Assembly: GCA_010093995.1 (NCBI GenBank)
Contig: ML992502.1
Coordinates: 1,832,312-1,896,311 of the forward strand
Source: Elsinoe ampelina
Taxonomy: Eukaryota
Reading direction: 5' to 3'
Length of the DNA stretch: 64,000 nucleotides
Shown: piece after piece, positions 47,299-58,338 of the stretch
Layout: every line of letters begins with the position of its first letter
Position numbering within the stretch: the stretch's first letter is position 1
Translations under genes and position numbers: made by a program
The notes under the pieces: model-generated
The model's database searches: none
Seen by the model: the letters and a program-made list of their open reading frames with translations, nothing else
Told to the model about the DNA's origin: nothing

Positions 47299-48393
47299 AT
47301 GTCAGGAGCAATCCGTCATCCCTTTGAGGCGCGAGTCGAGGATGAGAAGCCTTCCAAAGGGTGAGTCTATACTCCCGCGCTATATAAGAAAGATGGAGGA
47401 CATATGATGTGCACAAATCAAGTTGGGAATCTCTCAGAAATACACTGTCGACAACAAATTAACTTGTTATCTGATCAGTCACGATATGCAATTGGAAGAA
47501 GACGGGATGATGTTGACGGACTCGGTGCTGATATGTTTGCTAGGGACATCAACTTTGTGATCATGGACTACCTGATCAATGAGGGATACCCGTCCGCAGC
47601 CGCCAAATTCGCAAAGGAGGCCAACATCCAGCCAGCTGTCGACTCGGAGGCAATCCAGCAACGAGTTGACATTCGTAATGCAATCCATGCTGGTGATATC
47701 CAGCTGGCCATCGAGAGGATCAATGAGCTCAACCCACAGGTATGTCCTTACTACCTTTCTCTTGCTTTGTAATGATTATCTTGTGTTTTACATGCACCAC
47801 TCATATACCTTCGGGTGTTGATGAAGAACAACTCACACTTCAGTCCTCAGTATGAACCATACTTCTCACCAAAAAACTTATTCCATCAGCTTGGCTACTC
47901 AGTCGCTGACGAGACATTACAGATCCTCGACACAAACCCCGAGCTGCATTTCTCTCTACTGCGTCTTCAGCTCATCGAATTGATACGAGCTACTGTGACA
48001 GGCCCGTCTACTCTCTCCACTGCTGCCTTCACCCCTGCGCTGGAGTTCGCAACGGCACAGCTCGCGCCACGTGCTCCGACCTCTCCTGCTTTCCTTCAAG
48101 ATCTGGAGCGTACAATGGCACTGCTCATTTTCCCTCCTGAGAAATTGACGCCGCAGCTGAAAATGCTACTGGATCCACGTCTCCGCCAAGAGGTGGCTAC
48201 TTCTGTCAATGAAGCCATCCTCGCGTCTCAGGGCGAGCGACGTGAAGCCAGGATTCGGAACCTCGTCAGACTCCGAACTTGGGCAGAACGAAAGGCTCGA
48301 GAGTCGAAGCTGGGTCTACCAGAAAACATTGACCTCGCCGATACCCGTCTGGAATCGCACAACGGGCAAATGGGAGATCCTATGGTGACCTGA
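47299..48393 (+). CDS. GID8: LisH/CTLH/CRA protein, GID/CTLH ubiquitin-ligase subunit
   Basis: DINFVIMDYLINEGY (LisH), IRNAIHAGDI..AIERINELNPQ|ILD (CTLH), LERTMALL (CRA); introns 47361-47543 and 47740-47922. Confidence 0.92.
47402..47477 (+). ncRNA. Intronic box C/D snoRNA, U79/SNORD79-like guide
   Basis: Box C ATGATGT (47404), guide TGGGAATCTC (47424-47433) complementary to LSU rRNA GAGAUUCCCA, D' CAGA (47435), box D CTGA (47471). Confidence 0.75.
47770..47857 (+). ncRNA. Intronic box C/D snoRNA with SSU helix-34 guide (snR40/U32-like)
   Basis: Box C ATGATTA (47772), CATGCACCAC (47791-47800) complementary to 18S GUGGUGCAUG, C' TGATGA (~47819), degenerate D ATGA (47852). Confidence 0.65.
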
Positions 48394-49008
48394 AGGGTTA
48401 TCAGGTTGACCAAACTCCACGGTGCTCAATGTCTCGCGCGGCCAGATGTGCGGCTCGGGCAGTGCTCTCACGAACACACGGACAGTGTGATCAGGACTGT
48501 GCACTTTAACATGTTAGCTCCATAGTCGGATCAACCTCGGTCTACCGGCTTACGATTTTTGGCGAAGCCGTGCCGGCAAACCTGCCACGCGCGCAGTTGG
48601 AAGAATCATTCAGGCGAAATAGCCGGAGATCCTTCATGGTGTCTTTGGTGTGAGCCAATCATAACGGCGATCGGACACTGACGTCGGTGGTACTCCGCAG
48701 ATCCCCCGCAAAAGGCCCCAGAGCATCATCAACACTCATGTTCCACCACCACAGCACGAGCAATGGTTAAGTAAGTAACACGTGCAGTTCTTACTGTTCG
48801 TTAGTTTTTTTGGCACGTAGTCGTCGTAAATTGAATGCGTGTCATTCCTCCTTTCCACTCTCCTAGACGCCCTCCTGCGCGTTACTCCCCAAGTTGTATA
48901 GGTCCAGTCTAGACCACCTTGAGCTATTCCTTGTAGCTCCAGCTGCCAGAGAACAGAGCATCTTGAGCCCAGATTCACTCATAGTCGGCGTAGCAACATT
49001 CGCTTAGG

Positions 49009-50936
49009 ATGAAGCACCTCAACATCTTTGGTCGGGGTCGAAGCCTTCGAATTGCCATCACAGTGTGCTGCCAGCTGGCTTTTGTGCTCTTTGGCTACGA
49101 TCAAGCAAGTCCAAAGATCTTAGTAGTCTCGCAAGTGCTGATATATGCTGCAGGGTGTTCTCTCCGGCATTGTGGGCAATGACAACTTTCGAGCAACCTT
49201 CAATGAGCCATCACCCGGTTTAGAAGGCATCGTCGTCTCGATCTACAATCTCGGAGCATTCTCAGGATGCGTGTTGAGCTTCTTCATCGGGGACATCCTC
49301 GGAAGGAGAAGGACAATGTGGTTTGCCATGGTATGGATCATCATTGGAGCCATCTTGCAGACTACGGCTGGTGCATCGACTAGGACTGGTAGTGTAGCAC
49401 ACATGCTCGTCGCTCGGTACATCACTGGAATCGGTACTGGACTGGAGACAAGCACTGTACCTATGTATCAGTCCGAGCTTTGCGAGGCGAGCAAGAGAGG
49501 TCGACTGGTGTCTAGTGAGCCACTCTTCGTTGGCGTGGGAATCGTCATTGCCTACTTCTTCGATTATGGCATGAGCTTTGTCGGTGGTCCCATCGCATGG
49601 AGGCTCCCAATCGCCATGCAGATCGTGTTTGCAATCGTAAGTCACATCTGCAGAAAGAGGACGTTGGCTAATATGAGCAGGCTGTTGTCGGCATGGTCTT
49701 CGGAGTCCCAGAGTCACCTAGGTATCTTTATAAAGCAGGTCGAAACGACGAAGCACTTGAGGTACTATGCGAGGTCTACGATGGTACTCCTGAGTCGCCG
49801 AAGATTGCGAAAGAGCAGATAGACGTGTTGGAAGCCTTAGCGACTGAGCGGGCTCATGGCGAATACCGGTGGTCTCAATTGCTCAAGCGAGACAAGGTGC
49901 AGACTGGACAACGAGTACTGCTCGCGTACGGTATGCAGTTCATGAACCAGATGGGAGGCATCAATCTCGTCGTGTAGGTCACTGCCGTCGATTTCGATTT
50001 GCCGTAGTGGCGAATTTACCCCTTTCACGAAAGATGCTAAATTCACCATAGTTACTTCGTACCCACAGCACTTCGACAGAATGTCGGTCTCAGCCAGAAC
50101 CTCTCCCTCATCATCGGTGGTTGCATTCAAACCATGTTCTTCTTCGGATCTCTCATACCAACTTTCTTCCTCGATCGCCTGGGCAGACGGAATCCTATGA
50201 TGATTGGTTCTTTTGGCCTCGCGGTATCTATGATGATGATCTCCATCCTTCTGAGCTTCAAGGCGAACCCAGAGAGGTACTCGGAGTCCGTTCAAACCGC
50301 CACCTCGTCGGCGAGCGTCGCCTTCTTTTTCACGGTGGGGCGCGGTCGTTCTGCCATTCAAAGACCATCAGACTGACTGCGTTAGTACATGGCATGCTTT
50401 GGTGCAACTCTGAACTGGTAATCGTACTTCCTGGTCCTTTCTGAGCTTCTGACTGACCGTAGATCAGTGTGCCCTGGGTGTACGGCGCGGAGGTGCTACC
50501 GTTGCATGTAAGGGCCAAAGGCAGCGCCATAGGCATCTCGAGCAACTGGCTGTGGAACTTCGTGGTTGTGATGATCACCCCCAGCGCTCTCAACAACCTG
50601 AACTACCAGGCCTACCTCATCTTTATGGTACTCAACCTTTCGTTCATACCGCTAGTCTACTTCGTCTACCCGGATACCAGCAATCTGACCCTCGAGGAGA
50701 TCGACGACCTGTTCACTATGGCGAGCACCACGAAGATCAGCAGGGGTTTCTTCGGTCGATTTATCCGTCTTACTGATCCCGTGTTGGTGAGTTTCGACTA
50801 TCTCAAGAATAAGGCTGCAGGCAATCTGGAGACAGGGGTTGGACATAGGAATTTGTCGGTGGCGGAAGAAAAGGCAGGCTCGGAGCATGATGATGCTGCC
50901 GAGTACAAGGATATCAGCAATCACAGAGGAGACTAG
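49009..50936 (+). CDS. MFS sugar porter (STL1-like)
   Basis: LFGYDQ|GV, GDILGRR, VPMYQSE, WRLPIAMQ, VPESPRYL, QMGGIN, PWVYGAEVLP, TLEEID; five introns. Confidence 0.95.
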
Positions 50937-51550
50937 AGGAGGATCATATTGGTAGAATTGGACAGCAGCAAACTTCAATCAGACCTCTCCACTCGCAAAA
51001 GTTTGGGTCCCTTTTCCGTAACTCGAAATGTATAGCTTATTGCAATAGCTATTACGACACGAGAACTCGATTAAGAGATCTGGTAATTATAGGCGAAGCT
51101 AATAACTACTAGAACTATCTATAAGCCTGATTTAAGGCTTATAACTACAGTGTTGACGGAGTTGTAGGTATAGCAAGTCAATACTCAGCCGAGATAGTGT
51201 TCGGATGTGTTGGTTGAGCGTGACCACATCCTCGCTTAATGTGAGGTACTCGAGTAGACAGTCTCTACCTTGTCTTGCAAAATCGTTCCATGAATGATCT
51301 CGATATGACTCTTTCCCAGTCATCATTAACTTCAATGTTTCTCAACTGGGTGTGGCCAAGTCGCTTCCAGAACGACCGTTGCGCTGAGCTGCAGGGATCC
51401 GCCGGAACTTTGCACCGTTTAGAAAACGCTCCCATCACATTCCTCCGGCACTATCTCCCTGTCCAAGGCCGGTAAATCTCCTTCGCGTCGCATGTTCAGC
51501 AAGAGATCCCGAACGACAGCCTGCTTTGGCCCTTCAGATGAGCTGTGGGC

Positions 51551-54500
51551 ATGTCTATGCCTTGGAAGACGGCCAGAGTTGGGCCTGAGGACGGTCCACT
51601 GTGGAGAGCTGACCTGATTCGCCCACGGCCGGGTGATGATGGCAGATCAGCGGGGACAATCTCAACCCTCGGAGATGAAGCTGCCACATCATCACGATCT
51701 TCCCTCCGAGACGTAGGCATCCTTTCCTTCTTCGACGTAGATGCGCGACCGACAATTGCATTCGAGCTGGCCGTCGCGTCTGACAGCAGCTATGAATGCG
51801 GCCTTCAGGTCTACGAGAATGCAATCTTCCGGCGGTGCTATCCAGATGAGCGGCGACGACTGGCCTTCTTGAGCGATGCGAAGATCAAAGTCCACAAAGC
51901 TGGCAACACATCCCAATCCTTCCCCATCATCGTTCAAGGACGGCCATGCACATGCACCCTCGCCACAAGCAAATGGCTTGTGGTAGGATGGAATACGCCT
52001 GCGGACGACCGCAACATTCCTCACGCTGAAATCCTGCCACCGCGTGTTATTCGGTCTCTGGCGGGCGATTCGGTGACGAGCCCATTCCAGGTCAAATCCG
52101 AGTTCGAAGAGGAGCCATGGAAGAGAGGAGCAGATCTTCTCGGCTGGACGCGATTCCCCAATTTCATCGTCACTCCTCATATGAAGCGCGTATTGGAATA
52201 CCCTTGGCATCAAACATCTATGGGCCCCATGGAATCCTGGTCAACCGTCTGTAAGCTCTCAGTATCGGCGATGATTCTGAATCCGGATCCGAGAGCCATG
52301 TACTGGGGTCCAGAATTCACAACAATTTACAACGAGCACTGTATTCCCATTTTCGCCCAGAAGAACTCATTCGTCCTTGGTAGTTCACCTGCAACTGCAT
52401 GGCCGGAGACGTGGCATATAGCAGAGCCTATGTTCTTGAAGGCAATGTATGAGGGCAAAGCCTCCAAGGTTCAGGGAGTTCAAGCCTTCCTGATGAGGAA
52501 CGGCACCGAAGCACTCGAAGAGACGTTCTTCGATTCTACCTTCTTACCGATACCCGGCGTTGATGGTGGTAGTAACGGTGTACTCAATCAATTCTCAGAG
52601 ACCACAGATCAGGTCATCGAGAAACGCCAACAAGCCGTGATCAATGGAGTCAATAGTCGAGCATGGAATGCCCAGAGCGTTACCGAATACTGGACTGTAG
52701 CCATGGAGCCGCTGAACGACGAGCCCGCAGACATCCCGTATGCATTACTAATCACACCCACGGCTGTTGTCCTGCCACGCGCCTTTCCCGGAGAGCATAT
52801 GCACTACCACCTTCAACACATGATTGGTTTCCCGAAGTCACCTTTGAGAACAGACAGACCGTTCTCGCTGGATGGGCTCGATCATCCCGATGATCCAATC
52901 ATCAATGTGATCAGACAAGCTCACAACAGGAATGACGAGATTTCATTCTTGAATCGAGCCGACGGAACGTTACCAGATGCGCTGCACCACGCAGTCTCAG
53001 ATCGTGGCTTCGGTGACACAATTACGGCTGCGGCTGTCTTGCCAATCCCAAGCATGCAGGATGGTCCACCTGTGGGATTCGTTGTCATGGGCCTGAACCC
53101 TCGGAGACCCGTCGACACACGATCAAAGACCTTTGTGCAAGTGCTCCGGGATAGTCTGACAAAGGCAGCAGCTACCACAACACTGCCTAGTGCCGCGAGA
53201 AACCGGGAAAGACAATTGGAAGAATTGCACCAGTCTCTGCTACAGCGCCTTCACCAATCGACCCTAGAATCGGAACGTCACAAAGCACGCTTTGAACGAA
53301 TGGCTGGATCTGCGCCTGTAGGCATGTTCATGTTCAGTGCGGATGGCAAGACTCCCATATACGCTAACGAGGAGTACTACAATATGCTAGACCTGACAAA
53401 AGAGGAACTGGAACAGGAAGGTGGGTGGGCCCACAAGATCCACCGCGATGATGTTGTCCGTGTGGTAAACGCTTTCGAGAAAGTCATCGCCGATTTTACA
53501 CCGATCACAATCGAGTTCCAGACCAAGAAGGATTATCAGGTCATTGACCAGGTGACTGGACATCCAATTTCAGCGCCACAGCACATTGTTGCCACTTGTA
53601 TTCCAGAGTTTGACGAAGATGGCACTTGCCTCAACCTTCAGGGATGGCTGTATAACGTTTCTCACGATCGTTTTGCGCAGAGACTACTCAATTCGCGACT
53701 GGACGAAGTTACTGCATCGAAGCAGAACGCCGAGAACTTTATCGATATGGTCAGTCATGAGATGAGGAATCCACTGAGCGCTATTCTGCAGTCCGCGGAC
53801 GGTATAGTGTCGATGCTTGAACAATCAGAGCATAAGGATGGCAGCAAAGCACTGAGGTTGACTGAGGACACTGCTGAATCTGTCCTTGATGCATCGGAAA
53901 CCATCATACTATGCGCTCAGCACCAGAAGCGTATCGGTAAGATTCATGTAGCATTGGCCAAGACTCTTGGACTAACATGTGGTAGTTGATGATATTCTCA
54001 CCTTATCAAAGCTTGATGCTAATCTTCTTGTTATCGCCCCGGACAAGGGCTCGCCGGCTCACCTGTTGCGTCAAGCTTTGAAGATGTTTGAGTCTCAGCT
54101 AGCTCGTGCGGAGATCCGTGCCTCTGTTGAGGTCGAGCCATCGGTGTCTCTACTGGATATCGATTATGTCATGATGGACTCATCTCGAATTCTGCAGGTG
54201 GTCATCAATCTTCTCACTAATGCGATCAAGTTCACCCAGCATGCCAAGAAGCGAGCTATTGCTCTTTGCCTGGATGCGAGCCTCACCCAGCCGGGAACAT
54301 CAGACGTGCAGTACATCCCTCGGCGAGCATCTCGACCTCGACACAATTGGACGCTGGAGTGGGGCAACGGACAGGAGATCTATCTTTCCTTCATGGTGCG
54401 AGATACCGGCAAAGGCCTTACATCCGACGAAATGGCTACTTTGTTCCAACGTTTCAGTCAAGCCAGCCCCAAGACTTACAAAAAGTATGGTGGCAGTGGT

Positions 54501-55370
54501 CTTGGTCTCTTCATCTCCCGCGAGCTTACCGAACTCCAAGGCGGACAGATTGGCGTTAGCAGCGAAGCAGGCAAGGGTATTACCTTTGCCTTTTACGTTC
54601 TTGTGCGGCGGTGGATGCCCTGTACACCCATGAGTGACGGATCTAGCAGGCGATTCACAGATATCCACACGCCGACCATGCTCGAGAGCCCCGTCGCTTA
54701 CTCCCGGCGAGAAAGTAGCGCCATGTTCGACAGCACCGCCAGCTTAGCTAGTCTAGGGGAGCGAACATCACCCTTACCAAGTCCGGAGAAAGAGAAGGAG
54801 AAGAAGCTGCACGTCCTCATAGTCGAAGACAACGTCATCAACCAGAAAGTCATGGCAAAGCAGATCCGCGCCGCCGGCCACGAGGTCCACGTTGCGAATC
54901 ACGGTCTGGAAGCACTGCAATTCCTCAAACGTACCGCCTTCTGGGAAGGTACGCCGGTCTCACAGGAAGAACCAGACTACCTCAACCAAGGCGCCCCCAA
55001 GATCGTCGTAGAAGGCCATGTCGAACTCAGCGTCATCCTCATGGACCTCGAGATGCCCGTCCTCGATGGTCTCAGTTGCGTCAAGCAGATCCGGGAGATG
55101 GAAGCACGTGGCGAGATCAGAGGTCATGTACCGATCATTGCAGTCACTGCGAACGCGAGGAGTGAGCAGATCGCTGTCGCACTGGCGGCGGGAATGGATG
55201 AGGTGGTGACGAAGCCGTTCAGGATATGGCAGGTGTTGGAGAGGGCGAGGGGGCTGGTATGCAAAGAGGGATTTGGGCCACGGATGACGGGGAGGGGAAG
55301 GGAGGTGGTGAAGCCGGTGGGATTGGAGGAGGCGAGGATTGATAGTGTTTTGTCGGAGGGGAAGAAGTGA
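51551..55370 (+). CDS. Hybrid sensor histidine kinase (PAS/GAF-like inputs, HisKA, HATPase, receiver)
   Basis: H-box DMVSHEMRNPL, NLLTNAIKF, DTGKG, GGSGLGL, receiver VEDN/ILMDLEMP/TKP; intron ~53937-53984. Confidence 0.95.
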
Positions 55371-56024
55371 GACATTTGCAAAGGGAGGGAAAAAAGGAGG
55401 GTGGGGATAATTAATGATAATGATTGCTATGGATCACTTTGATGCTCAGGCCGCCGGCCATGGATGGTGTCTCTGGACTGCAACTGCTGACGAAAGGCCC
55501 GGGCGCTGCTCGTTTCAAAGCTAGGGCCTCGACCCTGTAATGCTCTGTGGAAAACAGTATCATGCCCAAATTGGGCGATACGACAACTACAATTCTGGAT
55601 CAGTGGGCAAGACCACCTACGGGTTCACAGCCACGTATTGTTTGGAATGCTGAAGTCATGTTCGGTCAAAGTTCAGGTACGTCGGTCTCACCCATTGCCA
55701 CTGCTGAGACTAGGCTATAGGTATAAGGCGAGGTCACTTCGATTCTACAATCATGGTGTTTTGGGGGCAGATGGTCTTTCCTGAGCTCGATGTGGGAGTC
55801 GTATATTGGTGTAGCTGATGGCATGGCATGTGGCACTTAAGCCGCTCTGATGGTAACCTTGTCTCAGCTCTGGAGGGACACCACAAACATGGTGCAATAC
55901 CTACAGCAATCATTCCTATGCCGCAAGGTAATGAATACCGGTCACTCAAGAAGGCTATTCGCCCCTCAAAAAGACACACGGCTGGTGGAGTAGTAAGCCT
56001 TGATAAAATGATCCGGCTTAAGAG

Positions 56025-57473
56025 ATGGAGCGACACTACTCGAATGACGATGACCTTGAACAATGCACGGTCGCTTTCCAAAATGACGGGTCGGTATGTT
56101 ATCAAGTTGGCATACAGCACAACAACGGTCCTGTGCACTACTGCAGCAGCAGCATATGTTCTTGCCAACACGACACGGAGACACTGTCAAAGAAGCAGCA
56201 AATGCTGGCATCTCTCTGGTTCAGTAATCTGCAAGAACGTGAGTTGAGCATCGCAACAGCACTCAAATCCACTTGCCAGTGGATTTTGGACAACAATCAT
56301 TTTCGAGACTGGCTCGCGAGTCCAGAGGAGAAGACAACCCTGTGGATCAAGTCAAAGCCCGGCGCGGGCAAGTCAACCATGATGCGATTCATCCTCGAAT
56401 ACCTCAAGAAGAACCATAAGGATTCTGCAATTTTAAGTTTCTTCTTCTACGCAAAGGGCGCAAAGATCGACCACAATGCTGAAGGACTCTATCGTGCTCT
56501 CGCCTTCCAGCTCATTTCCCAGACTCAAATCCTACCAGAAGGCCTGCTTCAGGATCGCGTCACCCTTGGTCACGCCGAATCTTTCCACTGGACTGTGCCA
56601 ACATTGAAGCATCTCCTAAAGACTGTCCTGGCACAAGCTCCTTGTCGCAAGGTCATCATACTCTCCGACGCTCTCGATGACTGCGATCGCAACCAGCTTG
56701 ATGACACTCTCTCGTTCCTTACAGAAGAGCTCGTCGAGATGATTGAGCCGACAGGCATCACTCTCCAGCTCTGCTTGTCCGCTCGCCATTATCCTCCTAT
56801 CGGCGTTGACCATGGCATTTGTATTGAGCTCGAACGTGAAGACGGGCACAATCAGGATATTCTGAGGTACGTCGATGCCAAGGTGACTATAGGCTCCAGT
56901 CTTCTGTCCGACGACATCAAGAAAAGCATCCGCGAACAAGCGAATGGGAGCTTCTTGTGGGTTGTACTCATCAGCCACATAGTTCTACGTGACTACAGCG
57001 AGGGCGATCTTCGGGAGCTTTCATCGTATTTCAAAACACTGCCTGCTGGTATGGAGATCATGCTCCGAGACGTCCTGTCTCGTGAGACCAGAGATCGATC
57101 CCGTCTGATTCTCTGCATTCGACAGATGCTGTTTGCCATTCAGCCACCGACTCTACAGGAGCTGTACCACTTCTTGGTTGAAGCAGAGTCTAACACCGGG
57201 TCAGCACAACACTCCGCCGAAGCTGATGGCGATCAAATGATGCAGAAATTCGTGGTGAACGCCTCGAACGGTCTTGTCGAATGCAAAGATGGGATCGTAC
57301 ATTTCATTCACGGGGCGGTCCGAGACTTCCTTCTCCACAACCTGTCCTTACTTGACTACGAATGGTACATGCCCAACTTGCTGAGGGCGTTGATCCATAG
57401 CCGATTGCGCAACAGCCGTCTCGTTCGCCGCCAGGTGATTGGTCGTGGTCACACAAAGCAGTCGTCAGCATGA
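56025..57473 (+). CDS. Fungal NLR-type NACHT protein with short N-terminal amyloid-like motif and no C-terminal repeats
   Basis: TCQWIL..F.DW, WIKSKPGAGKST (Walker A), FFF, DALDDC (Walker B), SARHYP, ANGSFLWV.L, SNGLVE..VHFIHGAVRDFL. Confidence 0.88.
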   Translation: MERHYSNDDDLEQCTVAFQNDGSVCYQVGIQHNNGPVHYCSSSICSCQHDTETLSKKQQMLASLWFSNLQERELSIATALKSTCQWILDNNHFRDWLASPEEKTTLWIKSKPGAGKSTMMRFILEYLKKNHKDSAILSFFFYAKGAKIDHNAEGLYRALAFQLISQTQILPEGLLQDRVTLGHAESFHWTVPTLKHLLKTVLAQAPCRKVIILSDALDDCDRNQLDDTLSFLTEELVEMIEPTGITLQLCLSARHYPPIGVDHGICIELEREDGHNQDILRYVDAKVTIGSSLLSDDIKKSIREQANGSFLWVVLISHIVLRDYSEGDLRELSSYFKTLPAGMEIMLRDVLSRETRDRSRLILCIRQMLFAIQPPTLQELYHFLVEAESNTGSAQHSAEADGDQMMQKFVVNASNGLVECKDGIVHFIHGAVRDFLLHNLSLLDYEWYMPNLLRALIHSRLRNSRLVRRQVIGRGHTKQSSA

Positions 57474-58338
57474 TGCAGATGATTTGTCGCGGCTAGGTCA
57501 TCAGAGACATGTGCGGCCTGACGGCCACGGCCATGCGCACCTTCACCGCGACCCTGGGCGCTGCTCACGTTTGGTGCTCCTGATGGGAAAGAGTTTCGAC
57601 CCCCTTTGGCTTGCACCATCTTTGAACCTACCGAGCATAAGCAGCATCGATGGAGAAGTTGCAAGGTTATGTGGTACCGAGGCCATTCCAAGAGACGACA
57701 TTCAAACATGGGTGGAGGCGGGCGGCGGCACAGTGCCGATTGAAAAGGGCTCGATAGGCGTGGAAAGTCGTATTGGAGCAACGGCCGCCGATGATCACTA
57801 GGCGCAGGCACATCTTGACATTGCCCTCTGTTCGCCCGCAACACCAGGACATTTGATATGCGAATATTGAAGATGATGTTTCATGACACCTGTGCCACCT
57901 GCGAGAAGAGGCCGAGAGCATCGCTAGGTAGAAGACTCGTAATTCCAAGCGAATGGATTTAGGGGAATGTACGTCCCAATGTGTCATTGAATTCATTGCC
58001 TTGTCGAGACTGTGAACATGTGGGAGGGAGAGCCGGAGTACATCGTGAGGCTGTAATGACAATGGTATCCAAATGTAGCACATTGTTTCAGTTGCAGCAA
58101 GCCTAGCAGAAGCCCAACGACGTTCTTTGTGGGACATTCCCAGTATACTCGACTTCGTAACATCGCGATTTGTCCTAGCAACACATGCTACTGATGCCTT
58201 GCAGTGCGGCGTCGTGCCGTGCGGCTGAGCTATGGACAATGCAGTTCAGCCGCACGGCGATTGGTTCAGAGTCGACTGGGATCATCGCTTCCTTTTCCTT
58301 TCGCCACCTGTGACCAGTCTATTGCACACTTCGTGGAC

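Noticed and set aside
57480..57830. Minus-strand Cys-containing frame (MCLRLVIIGGRC...) with several stops between NLR and PNP genes
   Set aside because: No recognisable family; could be chance or an unidentifiable relic.
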